64,000 bases of DNA from the IMG/VR virus record IMGVR_UViG_3300020050_008348; one strand, given 5' to 3'. Below the pieces are notes generated by a model. It was given only the letters and a program-made list of their open reading frames with translations, was not told the origin of the DNA and ran no database searches. Both the position numbers and the translations under genes were made by a program. Below, one piece after another: positions 42,635 to 53,071 of the stretch. Within the stretch, counting starts at the first letter, position 1. Each line of letters starts with the position of its first letter. The stretch is from an uncultured virus (IMG/VR IMGVR_UViG_3300020050_008348). Lineage: Duplodnaviria; Heunggongvirae; Uroviricota; Caudoviricetes.

Positions 42635-42864
42635 ATGTCAACTCATTACTCTTACAGTAACTTAAATTTTTTAGTAATCAGCAAAGAAAAAAAACAATAG
42701 GGTACATACTACTGCACCCTATTGAACATAATTGACTTTAACCATTTTATTATCAACTTAAACTCTATTTCTTATAAAGTGTTATTGTTAAAAAACAACA
42801 AACCATATACCACGAATGATATATGGTCGTTGCGTCTTACACACTTTTTAAACACTTTCTTAAA

Positions 42865-42989
42865 GAAGATGCTTGGAACTCGAATCCAAAAATAAGTTAA
42901 GGATAATTATAAAAATAATAATTATCACTCAAATTTACTATCGTGTTACCTGTATGTAAATTCTATTATCTACTAACCTGTACATCTAC
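42865..42989 (-). ncRNA. Candidate tRNA-like structured RNA
   Basis: T-arm TTGGA-TTCGAGT-TCCAA, acceptor-like AGATGT/GCATCT, two internal hairpins. Confidence 0.35.
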
Positions 42990-43014
42990 ACTTCTAACTG
43001 TAATCAGTTACCTC

Positions 43015-43713
43015 TTAAAACTGGTGAGTACCAATTTCACTCATACGAGTAGTAGTAGAACCAACTTTTGTCATTCTTGCTTTTGTAAAATCATCAATAC
43101 CGATGCTATCCAAGTAAGCTGCAAAATCAGCTTCTTCCATAATACCATCATGTTTCATGTCTGATGTGATTGGTTTACCTGTTGAACTGGTAACTACTGT
43201 TGTTGATTCAAAAATAGGACTTCCTTCAAAGGTTAAAACACCTTCATTTGGATTACGTACTGGATTCATACCAACTGTCATAGGCTCACCTTGACTATTA
43301 GTAGGAATTACTGTTGTGCGTGTTTGCTGAATTACAAATTTAGACAAATCAAGGTCTGTCACTTTACCAGCAATTGCAAGACTTAATTTTTGATTTTTAA
43401 CGTCACAAATGATGTCTTGTGTCTTTCCATTCACGGTATTGGAGAAACTACGAACAGAACGAATAAAACGAGCGTTATTACCGCGTGTTTCAGTATTCGC
43501 AATGATTCCCATATCCAAACCTTCATTTGAATCTGCATCAGCAGTCTTTTGAATGAAATAGATATTGACAGATTTACCTGTATTCGCGTTTTTTTCAACG
43601 TGAAATACTGTCAATTTACCACTATTAATTGCAGGTGCAAGTGGTGATTCTTGTAACATAGTGTTTGTTACGCTGTTGCTGTTGAACACGATGTTCGATG
43701 CTTTTAAAGCCAT
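43015..43713 (-). CDS. Hypothetical protein (beta-rich, possibly abundant)
   Basis: 232-aa ORF with somewhat higher GC, flanked by hairpins. Confidence 0.7.
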   Translation of the reverse strand: MALKASNIVFNSNSVTNTMLQESPLAPAINSGKLTVFHVEKNANTGKSVNIYFIQKTADADSNEGLDMGIIANTETRGNNARFIRSVRSFSNTVNGKTQDIICDVKNQKLSLAIAGKVTDLDLSKFVIQQTRTTVIPTNSQGEPMTVGMNPVRNPNEGVLTFEGSPIFESTTVVTSSTGKPITSDMKHDGIMEEADFAAYLDSIGIDDFTKARMTKVGSTTTRMSEIGTHQF

Positions 43714-43743
43714 TGTTAAGATATTTTAATAAGTAAATAATGA

Positions 43744-43772
43744 AAAAGCCAACTACTTCGTGTAGTTGGCTT
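43744..43772 (-). terminator. Intrinsic terminator
   Basis: AAGCCAACTAC-ACGAA-GTAGTTGGCTTTTT. Confidence 0.75.
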
Positions 43773-43778
43773 GTATTG

Positions 43779-44207
43779 TTAAGGAATTATCACTAACCCC
43801 TCTGTTTTAAAATATTTGTTATCATAGTTAATCAGAATATCGTTTCTATTCCAATTAACTGATTCCCACCTACCTGTGTGTTTCATATTATCACCATATA
43901 CCAATTTATAAAGTTTATGATTTATTATAATTCTTACAGTATCACCAAGTTTATAAAATCTTTTTAATCTTCCACCTAATGCTATAACTGGTGGTACATT
44001 ATATTTATCATTAACTTTTACATTACGTGACAAATATCTGGTGGGATTAAAACGAGATTCATTAACTTTGTATGATGTAAATGTAGTTTTTGTTGTACAA
44101 TTACAATTAATTGTAACTATTGGTAATGTGCCACCATCAAGTATTTTGATGTTTTTGTAAGGCTTAGTAAATGTAGTTGAAATTAAAATTAGTAGAAACC
44201 ATTTCAT
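43779..44207 (-). CDS. Secreted protein, possibly 3D/RlpA-like double-psi barrel
   Basis: Signal-like N-terminus; 'T.TSY', 'IAL....YKLGDTV.I', 'D.M', 'DIL'. Confidence 0.45.
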   Translation of the reverse strand: MKWFLLILISTTFTKPYKNIKILDGGTLPIVTINCNCTTKTTFTSYKVNESRFNPTRYLSRNVKVNDKYNVPPVIALGGRLKRFYKLGDTVRIIINHKLYKLVYGDNMKHTGRWESVNWNRNDILINYDNKYFKTEGLVIIP

Positions 44208-44261
44208 TTCATAGAATTATAGTAATATGTAACTCTAACCGTACTTGTTACATAATAGTTT

Positions 44262-44322
44262 TTGAAATACTATAAGGAATCGAACCTTAACCCAAAAGTA
44301 TAGCGACCATGCTATTAGTATC
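44262..44322 (-). ncRNA. Mini tRNA-like RNA lacking a normal anticodon arm
   Basis: GATACTA/TAGTATT acceptor stem, ATAGC-ATGGTC-GCTAT arm, TAAGG-TTCGATT-CCTTA T-arm. Confidence 0.55.
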
Positions 44323-44463
44323 TTTTCACCACATAAGTTAGCTATTCAAACGTGGATTTCCAATTGTACAATATCTTATACACAATGGTGATTTAAAAAC
44401 TCTGCAAATGTAGCTGCACTAATAGTACGCTTACATGTTCTACAATAATAATTGTTTTTAAAA

Positions 44464-44895
44464 CTACTGACTAACGTAAATGTCTTTCCCATAATAGACT
44501 TTTTTAATGGTAATTAAATTAGGTGTTTTTACATAATGCTGGTATTTCAATTCCAGACCTTCTAATGTTGTAACTCGACACTCAATTAATGCTTTAGCTA
44601 CTTCTGTTGCAAGAAAAAATCTTGATGATAGTTGATGTTTATACTCTTTACCATTTAAAGTAAATAGTACAACATACCAAATATCATTTTTGTGCTGTTT
44701 CAATTCGTGAATACTAAAGTTAAATTGGTCATTACTTCCACTTACTACTGGTATTGGCATATACTCTTGTGCTGATAACTTAGCAGTAAATAAAAACAAT
44801 AATAAAATTACTTTAATACTTGACTGAAACGTAGTAGCTATTTGTGCTACTAATTCTTTCAATGTTGCTATTGAAAGTTCTTCTGCTGACTTCAT
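44464..44895 (-). CDS. Hypothetical membrane/secreted protein
   Basis: Hydrophobic segment ending in 'LSAQE'. Confidence 0.55.
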   Translation of the reverse strand: MKSAEELSIATLKELVAQIATTFQSSIKVILLLFLFTAKLSAQEYMPIPVVSGSNDQFNFSIHELKQHKNDIWYVVLFTLNGKEYKHQLSSRFFLATEVAKALIECRVTTLEGLELKYQHYVKTPNLITIKKVYYGKDIYVSQ

Positions 44896-44963
44896 TGAAT
44901 TATAAACTTTAATTAATTACTGAATAATTGTTAGTATTCGTGTAGTTAATTATTCTCATGTTG

Positions 44964-45034
44964 TATTCTTGAAGGGAATCGAACCCTCATTAGTTGACTG
45001 AAAATCAACCGTCCTACCATTAGACGACAAGAAC
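44964..45034 (-). tRNA. tRNA-Glu (anticodon TTC), no encoded CCA
   Basis: Full cloverleaf: GTTCTTG/CAAGAAT, D-loop AATGGTAG, GTTGA-TTTTCAG-TCAAC, GAGGG-TTCGATT-CCCTT. Confidence 0.9.
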
Positions 45035-45183
45035 ATAAAATAACAGTTAAGGGATGGGAATGCCCAATTACGTAACTAACCTCAACTGCTATAAATTTAA
45101 GTGAGAACACTAAAATAGTTCATCTACCTCACTAACGTAACACACCCAAAACCTATTACAGTCTATTCTCACTCTTTATTCAT

Positions 45184-45522
45184 TTAATTTAATCTGTATG
45201 TTTGATATACCTTATATTCTGATTGTCTCAAAATATCAGTTAAAGTATTATCTGCAATTGGAGTTTTTTTATCTTTACTTACTTCCAACTGTTTTGCTAA
45301 CAGTTGACTATGGATATGTTGATTGATTTTTGTTTTACGATGTACATTTAAGTACCTCGTAGTATTTGACCGATTTGTTGTAATCGTATCATTTACATTT
45401 GTGGTAGCTAAGCTATTTGCATCAACTTTCAAATAACCTTTACTTGCTAACCGTGCTATTTGGTTAGCTGTTTTGATTGCTTTTGTAATCTTTTGTCTTT
45501 TCTTCTTTGTTATTTTTTCCAT
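45184..45522 (-). CDS. Basic hypothetical protein
   Basis: Lys/Arg-rich ORF with a TATCTTTG promoter box at 45550-45557. Confidence 0.55.
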   Translation of the reverse strand: MEKITKKKRQKITKAIKTANQIARLASKGYLKVDANSLATTNVNDTITTNRSNTTRYLNVHRKTKINQHIHSQLLAKQLEVSKDKKTPIADNTLTDILRQSEYKVYQTYRLN

Positions 45523-45811
45523 TATTAATTTGTTTTTAAATTTAGAACGCAAAGATATAAATAAAATTAAAAATTAACGTATTACGTTTACTATTTGATA
45601 GTTTGTTAAAATCGAAACGTAATACTTGATTATAATAGCTATACAAACTATCCGAACTACTATCATAATCTTCAAATTTACTTTTACACATCTTAGCAAC
45701 TATGATATAGTCTTTAAACTATCACGGTAAGCTACTCGAATCTACAAGATGTGTCGTTATCATCGCGTTACCGACGACTAATACCGTGCAAAAATTTACA
45801 AAAACATTCTC

Positions 45812-46153
45812 CTATATCGTATCTAATGGTTTACCACTATTAGCTAATAGCAATTTACCACTTTCTGTCAACTTGTAATTAATGTTTTTACCTACACGTA
45901 CTGTTTCAACTACATGTGCATCACGTAAAATACGTAAATGCTGTGAAACTACTGATTGTTCAGTGCGATACAATGGTGAACCTTCTTCACGATAAAATCC
46001 TAAAACATCACAACTACCTACTGCATGTAAATGTTCAATAATTGTTAATCGGATTTTATGACTAATTGCTCTAATTAACAGATAATTAGTCTTGTATGTT
46101 GCTTTCTTTTCTATATACATCTTGTAATTCGTTTTTAATTTCATCAGATACAT
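45812..46153 (-). CDS. ArsR/SmtB-family HTH transcriptional regulator
   Basis: 'AISHKIRLTII..L' and 'EQSVVSQHLRILRDA.VV...RVGK.I.Y.L'. Confidence 0.85.
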   Translation of the reverse strand: MYLMKLKTNYKMYIEKKATYKTNYLLIRAISHKIRLTIIEHLHAVGSCDVLGFYREEGSPLYRTEQSVVSQHLRILRDAHVVETVRVGKNINYKLTESGKLLLANSGKPLDTI

Positions 46154-49100
46154 TTAATTGAAATGTATCTATTGTTTTACGTAATTGTTTTTTACCTTCA
46201 TTGGTAGTTAAAAGAATAGCTATTGTTGTTTTTCTTAATTTACCTATTGGAAGTACATCGTCTTTAGTTAGTAAATCGGTATTGTTGTTAATCATTTGTA
46301 GATTTCATTTCCATATAGTGTATGTACACTATTTGCGCGTGAGTTAAATCAATAGATTTAGCAGGAAAAAAGTATTCTTCTGCTAACATGTCTTTTTTTC
46401 TGGTAGATAATCCAGACCACCATATTCTTGCTCTCATTTTTGATTACGTTTATTGGTGGCTATAATTTGGTTTATTTCCAAACGTGACATGTTTCTATCA
46501 AGCCATACTATTTCTGCATTAGTAGCAAAACGTTTAAATATAACAATTCGCTTTTCTGTTTCTACTTTATCAAATCGTTTAAACCAACGATTAATCATCA
46601 GCCTTAATTTAGCTGGTATTTCTTGATTCAATTTAGCAATTGCTGCCTGTTTTTTAGCATACTGCTTTGCTGAATGTTTGTGATTTGTGTGTTCTTTTTT
46701 AACACCTTTGCTATTTGCCATTATCTTTTCAGATTTTAAAGTTAAAAAAATGGACTTAGAGATTAGATTACTCTAAGCCCAACTAAATTTATTGTTAAAT
46801 GAATTTTTCAAAACTAAGACTTGCTAAATTAATAGCAAGTCTTTGTAAGCTAACTATAATAAAAACCAAACTGTATGAAAAAACTTTACCTCACTTACTT
46901 TAATAGATTTGACACATTAGCAATTGTTATTGCCAACTTGTCCTCTGGAGACATAAAAGTACTCAATTCTTTCTTAGCATTCAATAGTTCACGCTTTTTA
47001 GTTTCATGCGTTAACATATTGATTCGCAATTTGATGTCGTGTAACCAATCATCACCACTTGAATCTTGCCATTTGAATACAGGATATTCAGATAAACCAT
47101 TTTGCTCTGCTGCTGTATTATAGTCGTCTTGCTTACGACTTAATGAAGCATAAATATTCAACAATTCTGATAAATCAGTATTAGTGTGAATATCAACTGG
47201 TGCATTACCAGTATATGCTGGATTCCATCTAAACTTACCATGAGACTTAAAGCCTGTAAGTTCTGCCATTTTCATAGCATTAAGACGTTCGTTGATTGCT
47301 GCTAATGTACTGATAAGTTCAGTAGATGTTGGTAAGTTAACTGAATTAACAACTTTCATTGTATAACGATGGTCGTGTTTTACTGTATTTAACTTAGCAT
47401 CTAATGCTAACTTGTCTTTTTCTGTTTTGTTTAATCTACTAAATATACTCATGTTCTTTTAATTTAATTGTTAATAAATATCTATTCATTGCTTTCCACA
47501 CAATGAATCCGCACAATTCAACATTTGCAACTGTTGATACGATTTAAATAACTAAGCAATTCGTTGTTGCTGTGTAGTTATTAAAAAGGCAAATAGTTTT
47601 ATATCTCCAGAATACTATGTATTATAGGTTGATATTATAACTATCTGCTGCCACCCTTAAAAATTATATCTATTCAGCATCCGAGTTCACACCCTTTACT
47701 TATTATTAGACTGTTGCCATTACACCCTGTGTCTATTGGAAATCTTTAAGTTTACATTTTTACTTGTTGCCACCCAACATTAACGTAGTTGAATATTTGA
47801 CTTATATTATTTCAGTCAACGTGTATCATTAGTAGATACATGTGTTGTAAGCACACTCTATTCGGTTGCTTATAGCAGAAATATACAATAAGAATAGCAT
47901 TATTGTATAAGTTACTTCTTATGTATTAATTTCCATTTTAATCGTTTAAGTACGATTAATCGTTTTTGAGCATCTTTAATACTCATTAACTCATTAACCC
48001 ACTTATCTTGTACAGAAACAACACCTTTAGCAATGTAGTCAATTTTACCATGTGTACCATTTAGTCTATCAATTACAATACTGTTTAACGATGGTCTAAT
48101 TGGAAATGGTATATATAAAGCTCCATGTACTCTAAATCTTACATTATCTGGATAATCTATTAATTCTTGCATATTGCTTTTAAAATGTGAGAGTAATGTA
48201 AGCTCTACTCTTATTAATATTAGTGGGAAATCACATTAAATAGTATATTCCCCACTAATATTAATACAGTAACACGCTCATTGGTACTTAATTTCGCTTA
48301 ATTGTTGTTGGTGTAACCTCATATAATATGTGTTCACCTTGTTCAATCTTATGTTGCTCATTTAATAAATTACGTGCATCAATCACATCACTTTGATATT
48401 TACTATATACTGACATTGTATTATCAGCATTTAGTATCATTAGTTTAATTGCACCTAATTCATTAACTAAGAAAAAACCTGTACGTGGATTCTTAGCACC
48501 CAACTCAGTCCATGTATATTCAACTGTTTTAAGAGTATCATCAATGTGAGTTAAATTCCACACATACGGAAATGCGTCATTATCTACATGAATGAATCTT
48601 TCAGCATGGTTAATAATGATGTGTTTTGATTGTGTATGAAAAGAATCATTTTCAATATAGCCGTACTTAGTGTCAAATGATACTGGCTTGATTTTTACTT
48701 GTTGTGCTTGCATGTTTCCCACTAATAGAAGTAGGAATAATGTACACATACTGTACAATTGTAGTTTACAGAAATTCATTAGATTAAAGTTTTTTAGTTT
48801 ATTAATAAAACAACACCTGTCTTTACGTAACAGGTCTGGGTTTTCACCACGTAACATGTTCTTTTAGACATACTACTGACCGACATGTTAACATTGTCAA
48901 TAGTTAATTAAACAACAGTCCTTTACCTCGACAGACTTACTGTACTCTGTGTATTGCAATAATACCCAACTGACACGGATTACTGTACTTGTAGTCACTA
49001 ATGTAATATCTTACAGGATTGTGTGGCTATAATACTTTATACCACAACTTTGCGCAATAGCTTTCACATTATATTCAACTAAGTCTTTAGGATTAACTCC

Positions 49101-51379
49101 TTTAACTGGTTGATATAACGCTTCTTTGTTAATCATCATGTTTTGTGTTCCAATAGGTACAAATACCATTGGTAATTTCACACTTTTAACATGAAATTTA
49201 CCTTTAGCATCTGGCTTATCTTCCATGATGATTTGAGCTATGGTAGACGTATCTACCCGCCAATCTCCATATGTAATGGTCAACTGGACTTTATTGTTGT
49301 TAGACATATTCTTTACATTGATGTTTATATTCATTAGATACTTCAACCCAATATTGATTTTCTAATTTGCCCATGTATAACTCACAAAATACTTTACGTG
49401 TATCTACATCAAATTTTAAATTTGATATATCTATAAAATAGCGAGTATTTTTACCAATAGATTTGTAATAATCTAAATCTACTTTGTCTGTTAATTCAGC
49501 TATTTCAGCATTATTACAATCACGAGTATATTCAACACCTCTATATTTGAATTTAAATCTACCATAAGCACCTATGTGAGTTACTTCTGTATCATATGAT
49601 TCTTTAGATATTATTTCAACATTGTAGCTATTTGATTCAAATATATCACTTGTATCATCGTAATGACGACTTACAGTTAATGTATTTGAACTTTTATTGT
49701 ATATGTGACGAGTATGTGTTGACATAATTAATTAATATTTAAAAATGTGAGTTATTAAAATGTAATAATGGTTGGGATTATTTCACCCAACCATATACTA
49801 CGTTATTACAAATCGCAACTGTTCCTTATAAAGTTTTTCATAAGTCGTCGCGTATTTGTTATTAATCTAACACTTACTCTTTCTCACCATGCTGTCAAAC
49901 TGGTTATAACGCAAGGAGAATTTCAACCTTATTGAAAGAGTATGTATTAGTTTATCTTGATTGTTAATTTCTTACAATATAGCCAATACCACTCTCGTGT
50001 AGTAAGCTATTTATATGAGTTACAAAGATACGGTCAATTTCACCTTTCCATGTTATTACTTCAACAGAATCTCTGTTGTAATGTTTAATGTTAGGATTAT
50101 TGTCAATTGCACCTGTACTTCTTGTCAATGTGAACTTAGATATGTCAAATACAAATGTAGTATCAACAATTCTTTCAGTGTATGTGGTACTATCATTGTA
50201 TTCGTAGCACCATTTAGTATGTACTGTACGAATATCTGTATTTACTGGTGTACGTAAATTATTACATGTAGTAATAGCTAATGCTGATGCTAATACCGCT
50301 ATGATTAATGTGATTAAGTTAAGTTTCATTGTAGTTTGATTTAAAATGGTGAATAAAGTTTGTAGTTAAGACCATTTAACTAACCATTCTCTTAAAGGAT
50401 GTATTAGCCAACATGGATAGTTTGTTAATGCTTTGTTCATAAATACAAGTGTTTCATCATTGAAATATGTATAAGAATTATTGTATAGTTGTATGATAAT
50501 GTCTTTAGTATTATCATCAAGTTCATTAGAATCTTCTACCATTTCAGTAAATGTTAATGCTATTTGTATTCGTGTATCTTGATGTTGTTGATAAAGAGTA
50601 TCTAATAATTCTTCCATGACGATTGGTATTTAAAGATGAGTTAATAACTCACACATACAGTTGGTTTAGAACTATATGTGTGAGTTTGTTAGTTATATTA
50701 AGTAATCATCTGTGCATATACCAGATTCTTTATCACTTGTAGTTGGTAATGCTGGTATAGATTCCCAAAAACTTGGTACAAACGAGTGACCACAATTAGT
50801 ACATTTCATACAATCTACTAATACAGCTCGACCTATACGTGACTGTGTTATACCTCTGTTATTAGCATCATTACCAAAGTCATTAGATGAAACTAATGTA
50901 TTGTTGTATGCTTTAGAAGGTAAACATTTGCTGTTACATTTGATACAGTTCATTGTATTGATTGTTTAAATGATGATTGAAATAAGGATAATCTACACAT
51001 ATACAAGTAGATGTGTACAACAAGTAGTCAAATAGAATAACTTGCACATATACTGGATATATGCAAGTTACCCTCTTAGTTTTTAAAAATCTTCTTCAAT
51101 GCGTTCTCCTTTCAAATAGACCATTTGGAAAGTTTCGGAGGTGTCTGTATCCAACACCTCTGATAGTATCAACTGGCTCTTTTTTGCCTTTAACTCCTCC
51201 GTAGACAAGTTGTTACTAATACGAATAGCAGTAATCGCGCCATTACTCTTAGCAGTAGCCTCAAGGAGCTGATAAGGTGTGTTGTCTGCCTTGCGTGTAC
51301 CACTGATAAGTTTGCATGAAGAAAGCATAGTAGCTTTGAATGTTTCAAAATGAACTGGGTTTGTGAACTGTAAAGCCAT
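46086..51379 (-). other. Accessory region of small to medium hypothetical ORFs (46086-46295, 46434-46721, 46895-47452, 47912-48172, 48288-48779, 49011-49307, 49300-49725, 49964-50329, 50366-50617, 50693-50953, 51083-51379) separated by hairpin-rich spacers
   Basis: Co-oriented ORFs with A-rich Bacteroidota-type leaders; 50693-50953 has two CxxC pairs. Confidence 0.6.
48200..48280. repeat. Inverted pair of the dispersed element
   Basis: Cores at 48221 and 48248 (4-C variant). Confidence 0.85.
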
Positions 51380-51775
51380 GATGTTAAGTCTTTAGTAAGT
51401 GATAAAATATAGTTAAGTAATAAGCTCCCAATTAAATCATTGTAGTAAATGATACGGGGGAGACTGTCGGTTGTTGGTGGAAGTGGGTAGTGGTATTGGG
51501 GACGTTTACACTTGTCAATATACAGACAACAATTCAGACTATAATAATTTTTTATTTTACAACTAACAGTTGACTATAATGTTTACACTTTTACACGTAC
51601 ACACACTTTTCCAAAAAATTATTATAAAATTTTTTATCATTACTTATAACAATCATTATACATTCCTATAAGACTGTCTTTTGTATATTTTACGTATAGT
51701 TTCTACTTGACTACCATAAATACATACAACATGGTATATAGTTACAACTCATTAATCTTCTTGGGGTTTAACTAC

Positions 51776-52069
51776 TTACTTAATTGCGGCTCTAACACAA
51801 CAGTCTTTTGCTTCAAGTATCAACTGTTGTAATATTAATGTGTCTATACCGTCGTTAGCTACTATATGTTGTAGTACTGTTGTGAGTTTATGCACAGCTA
51901 TACTTGTTTCTAATTTATCATTAGATGCTGACATAGAGGTGTGGACTATGTTGAATAGAGTGTTGACTGATTGTAGTGTGATGTTTTGAACACAATCTGC
52001 AAATGGTTTACTTACTGATTGTAAGTGTTCTGGTAAGTGTTTATAAGCAAAGTACTTTTCTACTCTCAT
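51776..52069 (-). CDS. Small helical protein, candidate Acb2/Tad1-like immune-signal sponge
   Basis: 'F.Y.HLP.HLQ.VSKPF' and 'LEAKDC.VRA' signature; own TATCTTTG promoter box at 52102-52109. Confidence 0.45.
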   Translation of the reverse strand: MRVEKYFAYKHLPEHLQSVSKPFADCVQNITLQSVNTLFNIVHTSMSASNDKLETSIAVHKLTTVLQHIVANDGIDTLILQQLILEAKDCCVRAAIK

Positions 52070-52625
52070 TATTTAATGTTATTTTAATTGTTAAGAAAGT
52101 ACAAAGATAAGTTGTTTGAGTGTGATGTGTAGCGGAAATAGCGTGTATAATTTTGGATTCCCACTATATTAAGTAGTAGTGGAGCTTGGTGGAGCTTGGT
52201 TGATGTTTGTTGGTAGCTCAACTGTTACTTGGTTTGTTAACCGCATGTAAGTAAACTGTTACTCTATACTATATGAAGCTACTACTATACTACACAATGT
52301 AAGTCTGTTGTTGCTATATACTTAGTGGAGTAGCAGTAAAGCACGATGGAGAGTAGCTATTATTATTTTTAGTGGGGAATGCTAAGAGTATTGTGAGCGA
52401 CATGTGAGCTTGGCACTTACTTATCTTAGTGGGAAACATCTGAGTTTAAATAGGGTTAGTATGTTTTAAGATAAGATACCAGATATCATCTTATGGATTG
52501 AGTATCAATTAGTTACAAAATCAAAATTACTTGTACAGCATACAGTCTGTACTCCCACAGAGTACATTGAAAAATAATTTACTAAAATAATGGTACAATT
52601 AATAGCTTTTGTTGTACAATTGTAC

Positions 52626-52633
52626 TAATTTTG
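52626..52633 (+). promoter_or_regulatory. Bacteroidota -7 promoter box at the start of the plus-strand arm
   Basis: TAATTTTG just upstream of the ATG at 52638; similar boxes at 29927, 41902, 45550 and 52102 (minus) and 57940 (plus). Confidence 0.5.
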
Positions 52634-52637
52634 CAGT

Positions 52638-53060
52638 ATGAAAAATGAGATAAATATTGTAAAAGCTAAGGTATATGACATTGATGATACTACTAAGAAG
52701 GTAGTATTTGATGTAGGAAACGAACATACATTTTCTATGATGTATATTACATTCTTAACAGTAATAGATGAATTAAGTATTACTGAAATACGAGTGTTGA
52801 CGTGGTGTACTTTAAATTGTGTATATAATAGAAACATTGTAAACTTAAATACTTATTCTTATACACAGATACAAGAGTTATATAACATATCATATCAAAC
52901 GTGTAGGAATATAGTAAGTACACTTACTAAGAAACAGATGTTAGTTCGTATATCGAAAGGTACTTATAGAATTAATCCAAGATACTTTTGGAAAGGATTA
53001 ACTAAAGATAGAGAAGGTGTATTAAAACTAATGATTGAAACAGAATGTTCAACTTGTTAA
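52638..53060 (+). CDS. RepL-like winged-HTH protein
   Basis: HTH followed by 'GTYRINPRYFWKG'. Confidence 0.7.
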   Translation: MKNEINIVKAKVYDIDDTTKKVVFDVGNEHTFSMMYITFLTVIDELSITEIRVLTWCTLNCVYNRNIVNLNTYSYTQIQELYNISYQTCRNIVSTLTKKQMLVRISKGTYRINPRYFWKGLTKDREGVLKLMIETECSTC

Positions 53061-53071
53061 AATAATAAATA

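Noticed and set aside
48810..49960. Hairpin-rich spacers as known ribozymes (hammerhead or HDV-like)
   Set aside because: Stems are present, but I could not identify the conserved catalytic cores by eye; an Infernal search would be needed
16068..52436. CRISPR array interpretation of the repeated element
   Set aside because: Copies are dispersed, in both orientations and not regularly spaced; no cas genes are seen
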